A stretch of 59,787 bases of DNA from Clostridia bacterium (GCA_045531335.1 JAZSDU010000021.1:1-59787); one strand, 5' to 3'. Shown: positions 11,143-23,212, counted from the stretch's first letter. The notes: generated from the letters alone by a model not told the origin. Numbers and translations: made by a program.

Positions 11143-12942
11143 TTATACTGGAATTCTAATATAGAATGTAGTTCCTTTCCCCTTTTCTGTTTCGTAATCC
11201 ATGTTTCCACTAAAGTGTGCTTTAATATTTGAGTAAGACATGAATAATCCAAGACCAGTTCCATTTTTCCCTTTTGTTGTAATCATTTCTTTAAACAATT
11301 TATCTTGAACTTTTTGTGGCAAGCCACCAGCAAAGTCTTCTATTTTGAATACAATATTACTATTTTCTTTATATATTGTAAAGTTTATATCTTCATTAGA
11401 TTTTCCTTGTAACTGATAAGCTTGGATTGCATTTGAAATGATATTATTTATAACTTGTACCAAACTATTTATATTACCTTTAAGAATTGTAGAACTATCT
11501 ATATCGGCTTTAGTTTTTAAATTGGTTAGACCATTTTTTAATTCATGTTTCATTAAGATATCAACATAGTTTAAAAGTTCTTTAATTGTAAATCCACTTG
11601 AAGTTTGTTCTGAAAAAGCAACTGCTTGTCCTTTTATTGCAGTAATTACATCAGACATATATGATAAATGTGTTCTAGTTTTTTCAATCCATTCTTGCAT
11701 ATCTTTTGCGATTTCGTGATGATCTTCTTCAGTTACTTCATCGTCGCCTATACTTGAGTCATATTCTTTAATTAAATCAGATAATCCTTCTGCTGCACCA
11801 GCTATTGACATTATAGGAGTTTTTAAGTTGTGTGCTATCCCACCTATCATTTGTCCAAGAGATGCTAGACGTTCTTTTTCTACAAGCATGTCTTGATTAT
11901 CTTTAATTGTTTGCATATCTACTGTATGTTGAGTAATATCTTTGAAAAGAATTAGTGTTCCTAAAAAATTACCTTTAGAATCTATTCTAGTAATTTCTAT
12001 ATTAAAATATTTATCTATTTTATCAAAGTATTCTTCTAAAATAATCGTTTCACTTGTGTCTCTAACAATTTTGTTAGAAGCCATATTAAAACTTTCGTGT
12101 GATTTAAACAAATCAAATAAATTTTTATTTCTTACATCATTAGAAGAAACTTTAAATGTTTTTAAGAAAGTTTCATTAAAATCTATAATTACATTATCTT
12201 CATTAACAACTACATAACTATCTGATATTCTATCAACAACTTTTTGAAGTGCAATAGGTGTTACTTTTAAAAAGTCGAATTTGAATATAGCTAAAGTAAA
12301 GAATAGTACTGCTATAGAAAAAGCAATAGGAGTTGTATATATTGAAGAATTTAGAACTCCTAATGTAGATAGTATATTCATAGCTAAACATATTCCACTA
12401 CCTGTACAAATTAAAAGTGATTGTTTAGAAAAGAATCCTGAATTTTTAACAGAATACAATATTAATCTTATAATTGCAATTACAATACAAGAATAAGAAT
12501 ATAAAGTATGTAATATAAAGTAAGGACCAAATTTTACTTGTTCTAAATTTATCGAGTAATACTCATAGAAAAGGTGATGTAAATTATTTGTCCATAAAAT
12601 AATAAGAGATATTATAGGTATTATAAATAAAATTCTATGTTTTAATGTTAGTGTAAGTTTTGTATTTATAAAAACGGAACTAGTTAATAAAAAACAAACA
12701 GGGAACAAACAAGTTCCAATATAAATAAATCTCTCAAATATAAATGGGTTAACATTAAAAAAATGAGTAAGTGTTACTTGAAATAGTACACCAATAGAAA
12801 TAATTAGTGTACATATTAAATCAAGTATAAAGAAATAATGAAGTTGTTTACGATCTTTTTGACGAATCAGATATGTACAAAACCATAACATTATTCCTAC
12901 AGATATTAGTAACAAATAAAACTGAATATTAATATTTGACAT
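11143..12942 (-). CDS. Sensor histidine kinase (HisKA_7TM-like membrane domain, PAS, HisKA, HATPase)
   Basis: About 7 TM helices; H-box GGIAHNLKTP, N-box NIISNAIQA, G-box TTKGKNGTGLGL. Confidence 0.92.
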   Translation of the reverse strand: MSNINIQFYLLLISVGIMLWFCTYLIRQKDRKQLHYFFILDLICTLIISIGVLFQVTLTHFFNVNPFIFERFIYIGTCLFPVCFLLTSSVFINTKLTLTLKHRILFIIPIISLIILWTNNLHHLFYEYYSINLEQVKFGPYFILHTLYSYSCIVIAIIRLILYSVKNSGFFSKQSLLICTGSGICLAMNILSTLGVLNSSIYTTPIAFSIAVLFFTLAIFKFDFLKVTPIALQKVVDRISDSYVVVNEDNVIIDFNETFLKTFKVSSNDVRNKNLFDLFKSHESFNMASNKIVRDTSETIILEEYFDKIDKYFNIEITRIDSKGNFLGTLILFKDITQHTVDMQTIKDNQDMLVEKERLASLGQMIGGIAHNLKTPIMSIAGAAEGLSDLIKEYDSSIGDDEVTEEDHHEIAKDMQEWIEKTRTHLSYMSDVITAIKGQAVAFSEQTSSGFTIKELLNYVDILMKHELKNGLTNLKTKADIDSSTILKGNINSLVQVINNIISNAIQAYQLQGKSNEDINFTIYKENSNIVFKIEDFAGGLPQKVQDKLFKEMITTKGKNGTGLGLFMSYSNIKAHFSGNMDYETEKGKGTTFYIRIPV

Positions 12943-12963
12943 AGCTTTCTCCTTTGTATTTAA

Positions 12964-15900
12964 TTATATAAATTTAATTTTCTTTAAATAATTCATATAT
13001 CTTATTATATATTCTTTATCGATTTTTTTCCATCTAAATCCTAATTTATTTAAATATTTTTCTGTAAAATTACAAATTAATCTAACATTAGAAGTATATA
13101 TTAAATTTTTATTTTCATCTAAATCATAGATAATACCAGACAATATATCTTTTCTATCATTATCAGCCAGTATTCCAGTAAGAATATCCTTCATCATTAT
13201 ATCTGAAACTGCTAAAAGTTCTATATCTAAATCATTGTTTAAAGTTTCCATTAGTAGTTTAATAGGCAACAATTTAGTATTATAAATATGAAAAACATTA
13301 CATTTGCTTTTATGATTTAATATTTTTATTATTGCATCTGTTGCTAAATCAACAGGTGTAAGCTCAATTGAATGAGGTAATAAGTATTTAGGGAATGCAT
13401 TTATTTCAATAAATGATTTAATACGTTTTGCAAAAGCATTTTCATCCGCATTCATTTGAAATACTCCATCTACATATCTATTAGTAATATTACCCATTCT
13501 TAGTATTTGAGCATCTAAACCATTAGAGATTGCTTCTAAAACTAGAAGTTCTGCCCTGAATTTAGTTGTAGAATATACTCCTTTAATATTTTGTCCAACA
13601 TAAATATTCGTTTCTTTAAACAATTTCTTTTTAGTAATATTTTCAGGAGTTTCTACTATAGTTTCTTCTTTTTCACCATTACCAGAAATACTTATTGTTG
13701 ATACATGCAACAATCTCTTATTAGCTTTTTTACAAAAATCAATTACATTCTGTGTTCCGTTGACATTAATTTCTTCGAATTTTTTCTTAATACCAAAGTG
13801 TTTAACTAATGCTCCAGAGTTAATAACTGCATCAATGTTTTCTGCTAACATAGCAAAATCTTTATTTGATAAACCAAGATTTTCTTCTACTATATCTCCA
13901 TGAATTACTTTAATTCTATTTGAAAATTCTTTTTTATATTTGTCTCCAAAATAGAATTTTAAAGTATCTTTTAATCTTTTTTCAATATTAATACTATTTT
14001 TAGGTCTTACTAAACAATAAATTGTTCCTTTATTGTTTTTCATAAAGGCATCTAAAATATGAGCACCTAAATATCCAGTTGCGCCTATTAATAAAATATT
14101 TTTTATTCTTGCTTTCTTAATAGTTTTTAAATTATCAACAGTATTTCTACTTAAAACTTCTTTTAATTTTTTATAATCATAATTTTTAATAAATTCTTCA
14201 TCGTTGCGGTTTGATTTTTTAGATAATTCTTTTATTGTAGGATGTGTAAATATATCACTATATTCAAAATCTAGCCCATATTTAACCGCTTCTATTTGCA
14301 TACTAATAGCAGCAACTGAGTCTCCGCCTATATCGAAGAAATTATCATTTATAGATATATCTTCTATTTTTAAGATATTTTTCCATATTTGTAATAGTTT
14401 TTCTTCGCTAGAATTTAATTCTTCTATATTAACTTTGCTATTTACTACAGGTTTATTAGGCTCTGGCATAGGAAGAGCTTTTCTGTCAATTTTTCTATTA
14501 ATTGTATATGGCATTTTTTCTAATTTTACAAAATATGTAGGTACCATATATGGGGGAAGAGCTTTTCTAAGAGTATCTCTAACCATATTTTCTTCTACAT
14601 TTTTATCAGTTACATAGTAACCGCATAGAAATTCGTTGCCGTCTACTTCAATTTTATTTACTACTGCAGAAGAAACTCCTTCTATGTTTAGCAGTACATT
14701 TTCAATTTCACCAAGCTCAATTCTTAAACCTCTTAATTTTATTTGGTGATCTATTCTGCCTAAACATTGAACTTTTCCATCAAATGTCCATCTACCAATA
14801 TCGCCTGATTTGTACATTTTTCCTTCACCAAAAGGATTGTCTAAGAATTTTTCTCTTGTTAGTTCAGGTTTACCAATATATCCAAGACCTACTTGGATTC
14901 CAGAAATATATATTTCACCGACAACACCAACTGGAACTCTTTTCATGTTTTTATCTAAAACATGAATTTGTGTATTCATTATTGGAGGACCTGTTGTGAT
15001 TTCTGTTTCTCCATCTAAATTTTGAACATTAGAAAGTATAGTAATTTCACTAGGACCATAAATATTGTATATAGTTATATCATCTGCTAGTGCTCTTAAA
15101 TCTTGAACAAATTTTTCAGGCAATGGTTCTCCGCCGAAAACCATATTTTTAACTCGAGATAAAGCTGTATCTGGTTCTCGATTATCATAATTAATTTTCA
15201 TTAAGCTAGGAGTTACTGTCATTACATCAACATTACATTTTTTAATTAATGAATCTAATAATTTTGGATTTCTATGTTCAGCATTATTAGCCATGGCTAT
15301 TTTTAATCCATGTGTTAATGATACTATAATTTCATATACAAATATATCAAAAGGTGTAGATGTTACAGATGCTATACAATGCTTATTTCCTTCTTTTAAG
15401 TAATCTAAAACTAAAGTCATTGCCTTAACCATATTTGCAAACCCAACATGATTTAACATTGTACCTTTTGGTTTTCCTGTAGATCCAGATGTATAAATCA
15501 AATATGATAAATCTTGTCTATCTATTTTTATATTAGGGTTATCAAAATTTTTACTATAAATTTCATCTATATTTAAATCTATTTCAATACAGTTTTCTAT
15601 TGATTCCACTCTGTCTTTTAATTCTTTTTGAGTTAAAACGTAGCGAGTTTTGCTATCCTCTAAATAATATTTTGTTCTTTCAATAGGATAAGTAGGGTCA
15701 ACATTAAAGAATGCTGCTCCAGCTTTTAAAATTCCCATCATACATACAATAGTTTCAAAAGAACGATTTGTCATTATACAAACAATATCATTAGATTTTA
15801 TACCTTTTTTGATTAAATAGTGTGCTAAACTATTAGCTTTTTTATTTAATTGTTTATATGTAAGAGTTTTGTCTTCGCAAATTATAGCTATGTCATTAGG

Positions 15901-18900
15901 ATGATTTTTTACTTGTTCTTCAAATATTGAAACAACAGTATCATCGTTAATAGGACCATCTGTATTGTTAAATTTATCAAGCATAGCAATTTCTTCTTTA
16001 GTTAAGATTTCTAAATCTTCAACTGTTGTATCAACGCTTTCAAGCATTTGATTTAAGATGAACATATAATGGCTTAAGAAACTTTTTATTGTTTCTTTTT
16101 TAAACAAGTCTGAGTTGTATTCTAAATTAAATGCATAAATATCTGGTACTATTTCCATCCATATATTAAATTTTGATGTTTTTGTATCAGCAGTAATTAA
16201 TTCTAAAGTAGCATCATCAATTTTATATTCATCTTTTTTAGTATTTTGATATGTTAATACTATATCTAATAAAGATGGGTTGTTATTTAATTTTTTTGCA
16301 ATAAATTCATAAGGATATGGTTGATTAGAAAGACTATTAGTAACTGTGTTTTGAACAGATTTTAACAAATCAGAAACACTGCTTGTTACTTCTATATTCT
16401 TTCTTAATATTATATTATTTACAAACATTCCAATCACATTAGAAAGTTCTTCAAAACTTCTACCTGCAAATGGGCTTGCTACTATTAAATCAGTTTGTGA
16501 AGTATATTTGTATAATACAATATATAATGCAGTAAGGAATAGAGTATATTCTGAAACATTAAGTGATTTTGCTAAAGCCTGTAATTTTTCAAATGTTTCT
16601 TTTTGCATAGAATATCCTATTTTATCTCCATTATAGCTTTTTGAATTAGTAGCGGGATAATCGTATGGCAAATTAAGTACAGGAACATCTGTATTTGAAC
16701 ATACAGAAGACCAATACTTATCACTTTTATTTATTTCTTCGCTGTTTATATAGTTGTTCTCCCAAACTGAATAATCAATGTAACTAAAGTCTGATTCTAA
16801 TACTTCTTCATCATTATATAATTTACAAAAATCTCTCATTAATATATTTAGAGAAACACCATCAACTATAATATGATGAGTATCTAATAAAATCAAAGTT
16901 TTCTTATTGTCTAAAATACATACAGAAACACGTAATAATGGTGCTTTAGATAGATCGAAAGGTTTTGGGAATTCATTAATTATTTTATTAATATCTTTTT
17001 CAGAACCATTAAATACACCTATATCTATATCTTTTATATCTAAAATTTCTTGTACTAATTCTTCTCCATTTAGTACAAATTGAGTTCTAAAACTAGAGTG
17101 TAATTCTACTATTTTTGAAAATGCATTTTTAATTTTATTGATATCTAACAATTTATCTACGAGCAATGCACCAGAAACATTATATACTAGATTATTGTCA
17201 GAGACTTTTTTACTAGAATAATATGTTCTCTTTTGAGCAAAAGATAATGGGTAATAAGTTTGCTTATCTGCTTTTGCAAGAGTAATATTATTATTTATAT
17301 TTTCGCCATTAGCAATTAAATCAGACAAATCTTTGATTACAGGATTTTCTAAAATATCTTTAACAAAAATTTGCACATTAAATTCACTATAAATTTTTGT
17401 ACATAAGTTTATAGCTGTTAAAGAGTCTCCACCCAATTCAAAGAAAGAATCTTCTATACTTAAATTATTAATATTTAACAGTTCTTGTAATATATTTAGT
17501 AATGCTTTGTCCATATTGTTTCTAGGAAGAGCTATTTCTTTGTTTCTATCTATATTTGGCATTGGCAGTTTTTTTCTGTCAATTTTTCCATTTGGTGTGT
17601 ATGGCAATTTTTCTAATTTAATAAAATACTGAGGAACCATATATTTTGGTAAAGTTTTGCTAAGAGATTTTCTGACTTCATCTATATTAACATCACAAGA
17701 AGAAGTAAAATAAGCACATAAAAATTCATGAGAATCCTCAGATACTTTCTTTACCACAACACAACTATTTACTTGATTAGATTTTAGAATTTCTTTTTCT
17801 ATTTCTTCAAGTTCGATTCGTAATCCCCTAATTTTAACTTGATTATCACATCTTCCTAAACATATAATTTCGCCATCATTACGATATATACCAAAATCTC
17901 CAGTTTTATATAATAAGCTATTTTCTTCTGAGAATATGTTTGGTATATAACTTTTTTTAGTCAAATTTTCATCATTTAGATAGCCATGTCCAACCCCATC
18001 TCCAGATATATATATTTCACCAGGAATATTTGTAGGACAAATGTTTAAGTTGGAGTTTAAAATATAAATTTGAGTATTATCTAATGGCTTTCCTATTGTT
18101 ATCGGATTATGATGTGTTACATCAGTTAAAGTTGAAAATACAGTAGTTTCACTAGGTCCATAACCGTTATATATAGTTGGAGAACATATATTTTTAAGTT
18201 TATCTACTAAAGAAAAAGGTAATTGTTCACCAGCTAGTGTTATAAATTTTAATTTTGAAAGACTTGGAATATCTTCAATGTTGTTAACTAACAATTGCAT
18301 TCTTGATGGTGTAGTTTGAATAATTTGTATATTATTCCTATCAATTAAATCATTAAGTAATCTAGGAATTGTCTGTTCTTCTTCGTTTGCGATAACCAAT
18401 TTCAATCCTTTTTGAAGAGATATTAATGTTTCGAAAATAAATATGTCAAAACTTATTGTAGTTATTGAAACTATAGTCATATATCTACTTTCTTTTAAAT
18501 ATTGAACATTTTTATTACAATAATTAGTAAGATTAGATAAAGATTTATGAGTTAGCATAACACCTTTAGGTTTTCCAGTAGAACCGGAAGTATATATAAT
18601 ATATGATAAGTCATTTGGTTCATTTATATTTTCTAAATTATTTTTATGAGAATCATATAACTCATTTTTTAGTTCAACAAATATTTTATTGTCAAAATTA
18701 ACTTTGTTTTTTAATTTTTCAAAGGTCAAAAGTAGTTTAGCACTGCTATTATCCAGCATGTATTCAATTCTATCTTGAGGGTATTCAGGATCGATTGGAA
18801 TATAGCAAGCTCCACTTTTAAGTACAGCAAAAATTGATACAATCATTTCAAGAGAACGATTTACCATAATACCAACTATATCATTTCTTTTAATTCCATT

Positions 18901-20403
18901 GTTTCTCAAATAATATGCTAAACTATTTGCTCTTTCATTTAATTCTCTATATGTTAATTGCTCATTTTCAAAAACAACTGCCGTGTTATCAGGTGTCTTT
19001 TTTACTTGTTGTTCAAAAAGCTGTGTAATCGTTTTATCTTTTGGATAATCTGCTTTTGTATCATTAAAATCATATAATATTTTTCTTTTTTCATCAGGTG
19101 TAACTATTTCTATGTCACTTATTTTAATTTCTTTATTTTCTAAGATTTGATTAATAATATGTAAAAGTCTAGCATGAATAGAACAAATATCGTCTATGGT
19201 ATATTTGCTAAGTAAATAATCATATGCAACACTTAAACTTCCCGTATCATTCATATCATATAAGTGTATATTTATATCATCTGAAATGTTATTATTACTA
19301 ATCCATCTAGAATCGTATAAAATGTCAGCAGACTGTTTATTGCTTCTAACATTTTGGTAAGAAATTAAAATATTATATAAATTAGGAATACTATTATCTT
19401 TATTTCTTAAATCCTCTAATAAATATTGATATGGATATTTTTGATGTCTAAATATTTTTAAGAAATCTACTGCAATATTAGAGATGAAGTCACCAAAGAA
19501 CTCTTCATGATTTATGCAGACCTTAAAAGGAATAGTACTTATATACATACCAGTTGTTTGTTTTTCTTTAAAGTTACCTCTATTTAGAATAGGAGTTCCT
19601 ATTACAAATTCATCTAAACCAGACACCTTAGATAAATATATTGAAAATATTCCCATAAAGAAATTGAAAACAGAGGCTTTTTTAGTTTTACAAAATTCAT
19701 TTATTAAATTTATAGTTTCTTTTGGGATAGTAAACAATTTTCTTTTTGCATTACAATTTAAATCCTTGGTTTCTTGCTTTATACTAGGAATTGTTGCTGG
19801 CTCTGGAACAGTTTCAAAAATTTCATTCCAGAAAGTTTTATCTTTTTTAAATTTCTCACTTTCCAAGTATTCTTTTTCAGAATTTATATATTCTATATAT
19901 GAAGGATTTGGTTCATTAGATATTTCTTCATTTTTAATTAAAGATTCGTAATATCCCATAACTTGGTTAACGACAAGACCGGCAGTCCAAGCATCAGCAA
20001 TTAAATGGTGAGCATTTATAACAAAGCCACCAAATCCATTTTCAAATCTAAATAATTTAAAATCAAAAAGGAAGTTGTCCAATGTATTAAAAGATTTATC
20101 ACACATTGATCTTTCTAAAAATTTAACATCCTTGTCAGTTTGAACTGAAACTATTTCTATATCAAATTCATTAAATAAATCAACATACTGAAAAACAGTA
20201 CTATCTTTTACTGTGAATTTTAATCTAAAACTATCATTATTTTTAACAAATAGATTGATTGCTTTTTTTAAAGCATCAAAATCTACATTTTGTGAAACAA
20301 TTACAGTACCTGTAATGTTTTCGATCGACGTCCCTTTATAAAATTGCTCTGTTAGCCATATTGATTTTTGGGGATTCGTTAAAGAGTACATGCTTTTTGA
20401 CAT
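12964..20403 (-). CDS. Dimodular NRPS, C-A-T-C-A-T-reductase
   Basis: C motifs HHLIADA and HHIIVDG; A motifs YTSGSTGKPKG (x2) and YGPSE; T motifs LGGDSL and IGGDSV; terminal SDR-type R domain GATGYLG...YSTTK. Confidence 0.95.
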   Translation of the reverse strand: MSKSMYSLTNPQKSIWLTEQFYKGTSIENITGTVIVSQNVDFDALKKAINLFVKNNDSFRLKFTVKDSTVFQYVDLFNEFDIEIVSVQTDKDVKFLERSMCDKSFNTLDNFLFDFKLFRFENGFGGFVINAHHLIADAWTAGLVVNQVMGYYESLIKNEEISNEPNPSYIEYINSEKEYLESEKFKKDKTFWNEIFETVPEPATIPSIKQETKDLNCNAKRKLFTIPKETINLINEFCKTKKASVFNFFMGIFSIYLSKVSGLDEFVIGTPILNRGNFKEKQTTGMYISTIPFKVCINHEEFFGDFISNIAVDFLKIFRHQKYPYQYLLEDLRNKDNSIPNLYNILISYQNVRSNKQSADILYDSRWISNNNISDDINIHLYDMNDTGSLSVAYDYLLSKYTIDDICSIHARLLHIINQILENKEIKISDIEIVTPDEKRKILYDFNDTKADYPKDKTITQLFEQQVKKTPDNTAVVFENEQLTYRELNERANSLAYYLRNNGIKRNDIVGIMVNRSLEMIVSIFAVLKSGACYIPIDPEYPQDRIEYMLDNSSAKLLLTFEKLKNKVNFDNKIFVELKNELYDSHKNNLENINEPNDLSYIIYTSGSTGKPKGVMLTHKSLSNLTNYCNKNVQYLKESRYMTIVSITTISFDIFIFETLISLQKGLKLVIANEEEQTIPRLLNDLIDRNNIQIIQTTPSRMQLLVNNIEDIPSLSKLKFITLAGEQLPFSLVDKLKNICSPTIYNGYGPSETTVFSTLTDVTHHNPITIGKPLDNTQIYILNSNLNICPTNIPGEIYISGDGVGHGYLNDENLTKKSYIPNIFSEENSLLYKTGDFGIYRNDGEIICLGRCDNQVKIRGLRIELEEIEKEILKSNQVNSCVVVKKVSEDSHEFLCAYFTSSCDVNIDEVRKSLSKTLPKYMVPQYFIKLEKLPYTPNGKIDRKKLPMPNIDRNKEIALPRNNMDKALLNILQELLNINNLSIEDSFFELGGDSLTAINLCTKIYSEFNVQIFVKDILENPVIKDLSDLIANGENINNNITLAKADKQTYYPLSFAQKRTYYSSKKVSDNNLVYNVSGALLVDKLLDINKIKNAFSKIVELHSSFRTQFVLNGEELVQEILDIKDIDIGVFNGSEKDINKIINEFPKPFDLSKAPLLRVSVCILDNKKTLILLDTHHIIVDGVSLNILMRDFCKLYNDEEVLESDFSYIDYSVWENNYINSEEINKSDKYWSSVCSNTDVPVLNLPYDYPATNSKSYNGDKIGYSMQKETFEKLQALAKSLNVSEYTLFLTALYIVLYKYTSQTDLIVASPFAGRSFEELSNVIGMFVNNIILRKNIEVTSSVSDLLKSVQNTVTNSLSNQPYPYEFIAKKLNNNPSLLDIVLTYQNTKKDEYKIDDATLELITADTKTSKFNIWMEIVPDIYAFNLEYNSDLFKKETIKSFLSHYMFILNQMLESVDTTVEDLEILTKEEIAMLDKFNNTDGPINDDTVVSIFEEQVKNHPNDIAIICEDKTLTYKQLNKKANSLAHYLIKKGIKSNDIVCIMTNRSFETIVCMMGILKAGAAFFNVDPTYPIERTKYYLEDSKTRYVLTQKELKDRVESIENCIEIDLNIDEIYSKNFDNPNIKIDRQDLSYLIYTSGSTGKPKGTMLNHVGFANMVKAMTLVLDYLKEGNKHCIASVTSTPFDIFVYEIIVSLTHGLKIAMANNAEHRNPKLLDSLIKKCNVDVMTVTPSLMKINYDNREPDTALSRVKNMVFGGEPLPEKFVQDLRALADDITIYNIYGPSEITILSNVQNLDGETEITTGPPIMNTQIHVLDKNMKRVPVGVVGEIYISGIQVGLGYIGKPELTREKFLDNPFGEGKMYKSGDIGRWTFDGKVQCLGRIDHQIKLRGLRIELGEIENVLLNIEGVSSAVVNKIEVDGNEFLCGYYVTDKNVEENMVRDTLRKALPPYMVPTYFVKLEKMPYTINRKIDRKALPMPEPNKPVVNSKVNIEELNSSEEKLLQIWKNILKIEDISINDNFFDIGGDSVAAISMQIEAVKYGLDFEYSDIFTHPTIKELSKKSNRNDEEFIKNYDYKKLKEVLSRNTVDNLKTIKKARIKNILLIGATGYLGAHILDAFMKNNKGTIYCLVRPKNSINIEKRLKDTLKFYFGDKYKKEFSNRIKVIHGDIVEENLGLSNKDFAMLAENIDAVINSGALVKHFGIKKKFEEINVNGTQNVIDFCKKANKRLLHVSTISISGNGEKEETIVETPENITKKKLFKETNIYVGQNIKGVYSTTKFRAELLVLEAISNGLDAQILRMGNITNRYVDGVFQMNADENAFAKRIKSFIEINAFPKYLLPHSIELTPVDLATDAIIKILNHKSKCNVFHIYNTKLLPIKLLMETLNNDLDIELLAVSDIMMKDILTGILADNDRKDILSGIIYDLDENKNLIYTSNVRLICNFTEKYLNKLGFRWKKIDKEYIIRYMNYLKKIKFI

Positions 20404-20670
20404 ATAATCACCCTCGCTATTGCAAATTTATATATTTAATATATATCGTGAAACGACTGAAAAATCAACCATTCTATTAAATTGTAACATAAAATACAAA
20501 TTATTGTAAACAGTTTGACACAAACATATAAAAAGAACCATTTTTCGACACCAAAATCATTGTTTGCATAGAAAATTCGAGGAACTATCCTAAATTCACG
20601 AAAACAACACAAATAACAATTCCATGACTAAAATAACAAAAAAAGGAGAGTATAATAAAGAGGTGAAAAA

Positions 20671-21801
20671 ATGTACGAATATAAAAGAAGACCGAGTAAA
20701 TTAAAAAGAGTTTTTGTTTCAATTTTATTAATACTAATTGTTGCTGCTATTAGTATATTTATATATGATATGTATGCAGATATAAATGTGTATTCAAGTG
20801 AGCAAACTAATGAAAATTTAGAAATATCTAGAGTTTCGTATACTGAAAAAACAGATTCAGGTGATGATATTACTAAGACATTAGAAGATACAATAAAATG
20901 TGTAGTTGGTATTTCAAAAATAAAGAATACTGGCAATTCAATATTTTTAAATAATAGTACAGAGAGTTTAGGGCTTGGAACTGGAATAATAGTTTCAAAA
21001 AATGGATATATATTAACGAATTGGCATGTTGCAGGGGAAAAATATAGTAATTGCTATATTACACTTGAAAATGGGAATATATCTAATGGAAGTGTAGTAT
21101 GGGTAGATAAAGATCTGGATTTAGCAATTATTAAGATATCTGCTTCTAATCTAACACAAATTACATTAGGTGATTCTGATAGTATAAAAATTGGACAAAC
21201 AGCCTATGCAATAGGAAATCCAATAGGCTTAGAATTTCAAAGAACTGTAACTTCAGGAATTATAAGCGGAATAAATAGGACAGTAAAAATAGATGATGAA
21301 AAAGGGGCATCATATATGGAGGATTTAATTCAGACAGATGCAACAATAAATCCAGGTAATAGTGGAGGACCTCTTATTAATTCAAAAGGAGAAGTAATTG
21401 GAATTAATACAGTAAAAATAACAGAGGCAGAGGGAATTGGATTTGCAATTCCAATTAATATAGTAAAACCTATAATAGAAAGTTTTTCGAATAACGGAAA
21501 GTTTGAGGAGGCATATCTTGGAATATTTGCTTATGACAAAAACGTGATTCCGTATTTGGATTCAAGTATAGATTTTAATTCGGGAATATATGTAGCACAA
21601 ATTTCAACAAATGGACCAAGCTATAATTCGGGACTAAGAACAGGTGATATAATAACTAAAATTGATGAAATAACAGTAAATAAAATGAGTGAACTTCGAA
21701 CATATATATATACTAAAAATGTTGGAGATGAGGTAAGTTTAACAATATTAAGAAACAACAGGGAAAAGGTTATTAATATAAAATTGGGAAGAAAATCATA
21801 A
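20671..21801 (+). CDS. htrA: HtrA/DegP-family serine protease with PDZ domain
   Basis: TM anchor; catalytic motifs TNWHV, DLDLA, INPGNSGGPL; C-terminal PDZ. Confidence 0.92.
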   Translation: MYEYKRRPSKLKRVFVSILLILIVAAISIFIYDMYADINVYSSEQTNENLEISRVSYTEKTDSGDDITKTLEDTIKCVVGISKIKNTGNSIFLNNSTESLGLGTGIIVSKNGYILTNWHVAGEKYSNCYITLENGNISNGSVVWVDKDLDLAIIKISASNLTQITLGDSDSIKIGQTAYAIGNPIGLEFQRTVTSGIISGINRTVKIDDEKGASYMEDLIQTDATINPGNSGGPLINSKGEVIGINTVKITEAEGIGFAIPINIVKPIIESFSNNGKFEEAYLGIFAYDKNVIPYLDSSIDFNSGIYVAQISTNGPSYNSGLRTGDIITKIDEITVNKMSELRTYIYTKNVGDEVSLTILRNNREKVINIKLGRKS

Positions 21802-21846
21802 AAAATAATCAACTTTTTGCTCGGAGCGAAAAGTTGATTATTTTTT
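21801..21846. terminator. Bidirectional terminator
   Basis: AAAATAATCAACTTTT...AAAAGTTGATTATTTT inverted repeat between convergent genes. Confidence 0.8.
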
Positions 21847-23119
21847 AAAGTATTGCACCTAAAACTAGAATACCAATATTATCATTATAAATCTCATTAA
21901 ATTGACTAATTGGAAGCGGGCTTTGGCCAATTCCTGCTTCTATTGTATATCCAGGTCTTCTATATTGTTGTAAAAACCAATCCTTGTATCCCGCAAAACC
22001 TGATTCAAAAGGAACATCGGCTAATTTGTAACCACTAACATTTGCAAAGGTTTGACCAATTGCTTCTGCTTCAGGGGGCGCAAAATCTTGGAATTGCCAG
22101 TAAATTTCTTGACCTTGTGTATGATATGCAAGTATTAATCTAAAATTATGGAAAAGTGTAAAATTATATAAAGCAAGAGATTCGGGTTCGGTAAGAGGGC
22201 CAAATCCTACAAAGTCACGAGGAGCAGGAGACTTAAATCCTTGTGCAAATTTAATTTCTCTTGCTTGTTCCCAACCTGCAGGGAATTGAAGATTGAGGTC
22301 AATGCCTCGAATATTTGCTTTCCACCCATTTGGAAATGGAATGGCAGGATAGTTATTGGCAATTGTTCTTGCTTGATTATATATAGTAGTTCCAGGTTTT
22401 ATTTCACCTGTAACTAAATTAACACCATCGGGGTTACACATTGGAACAATATATATAGAAGTGCTTTCAAAAATATTTCTCGCGCTATATCCATAAATTG
22501 TACTATTGTTAACATATGCTAAAGAGAAGTCTTCTATAAATTTCATAAGTAAAGGAGAAGTAATCCATTCATTTGCATGAATTGATGCACTATAAAAAAC
22601 TTCAGTGTCTCCAGTTCCTATTCTAATATATGGAATTGAATTATTAAGAACACTAGAACCAATTGAGCCTACCTCTAAAAACGGATAAATAGCAGAGAGT
22701 GCAGTAATGTTTAATTGTAAAATGTTTGCACTATAACTAATATTAGTAGGTACAATATTTCCAAATGGAACAGTTATTGTTTGACCAATTTGCAAATTAT
22801 TTGGGTCAATATTATTATTTGCAACTCTGATTCTATTTACAGTAGTATTAAATCTTCTCGCAATATTGTATAAAGTGTCATTAGCCTGAATAATATAAGC
22901 AGTTCTTCCATTTATATATGGGAAAAGTGCATTCCAAGTTGTGGGGCCAACTACACCATCAGGAGTTAAACCAAAATTTCTTTGAAATCTAATTACAGAG
23001 TTTTCGGTTGTTCTTCCAAAATTTCCATCTATGATTCCAGAATAAAAACCTAATTTGGTTAAAGTACTTTGCAGAAGTTCAACCATTGGTCCTGTTGAAC
23101 CAAAACGTAATGTTTCCAT
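21845..23119 (-). CDS. Gamma-D-glutamyl-meso-DAP peptidase (M14, YqgT-like) with PG-binding and LysM domains
   Basis: PG_binding_1 (DGNFG..FQ..DGVVG), Lys[26 protein letters not shown]. Confidence 0.9.
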   Translation of the reverse strand: METLRFGSTGPMVELLQSTLTKLGFYSGIIDGNFGRTTENSVIRFQRNFGLTPDGVVGPTTWNALFPYINGRTAYIIQANDTLYNIARRFNTTVNRIRVANNNIDPNNLQIGQTITVPFGNIVPTNISYSANILQLNITALSAIYPFLEVGSIGSSVLNNSIPYIRIGTGDTEVFYSASIHANEWITSPLLMKFIEDFSLAYVNNSTIYGYSARNIFESTSIYIVPMCNPDGVNLVTGEIKPGTTIYNQARTIANNYPAIPFPNGWKANIRGIDLNLQFPAGWEQAREIKFAQGFKSPAPRDFVGFGPLTEPESLALYNFTLFHNFRLILAYHTQGQEIYWQFQDFAPPEAEAIGQTFANVSGYKLADVPFESGFAGYKDWFLQQYRRPGYTIEAGIGQSPLPISQFNEIYNDNIGILVLGAIL

Positions 23120-23212
23120 ATAATCACCTATGATATAATATTATCAAAAAATGATATTTGTGATATAATGCAATAAAAATTTAATTATTGTAAGGGGTTT
23201 TATTATAAATTT

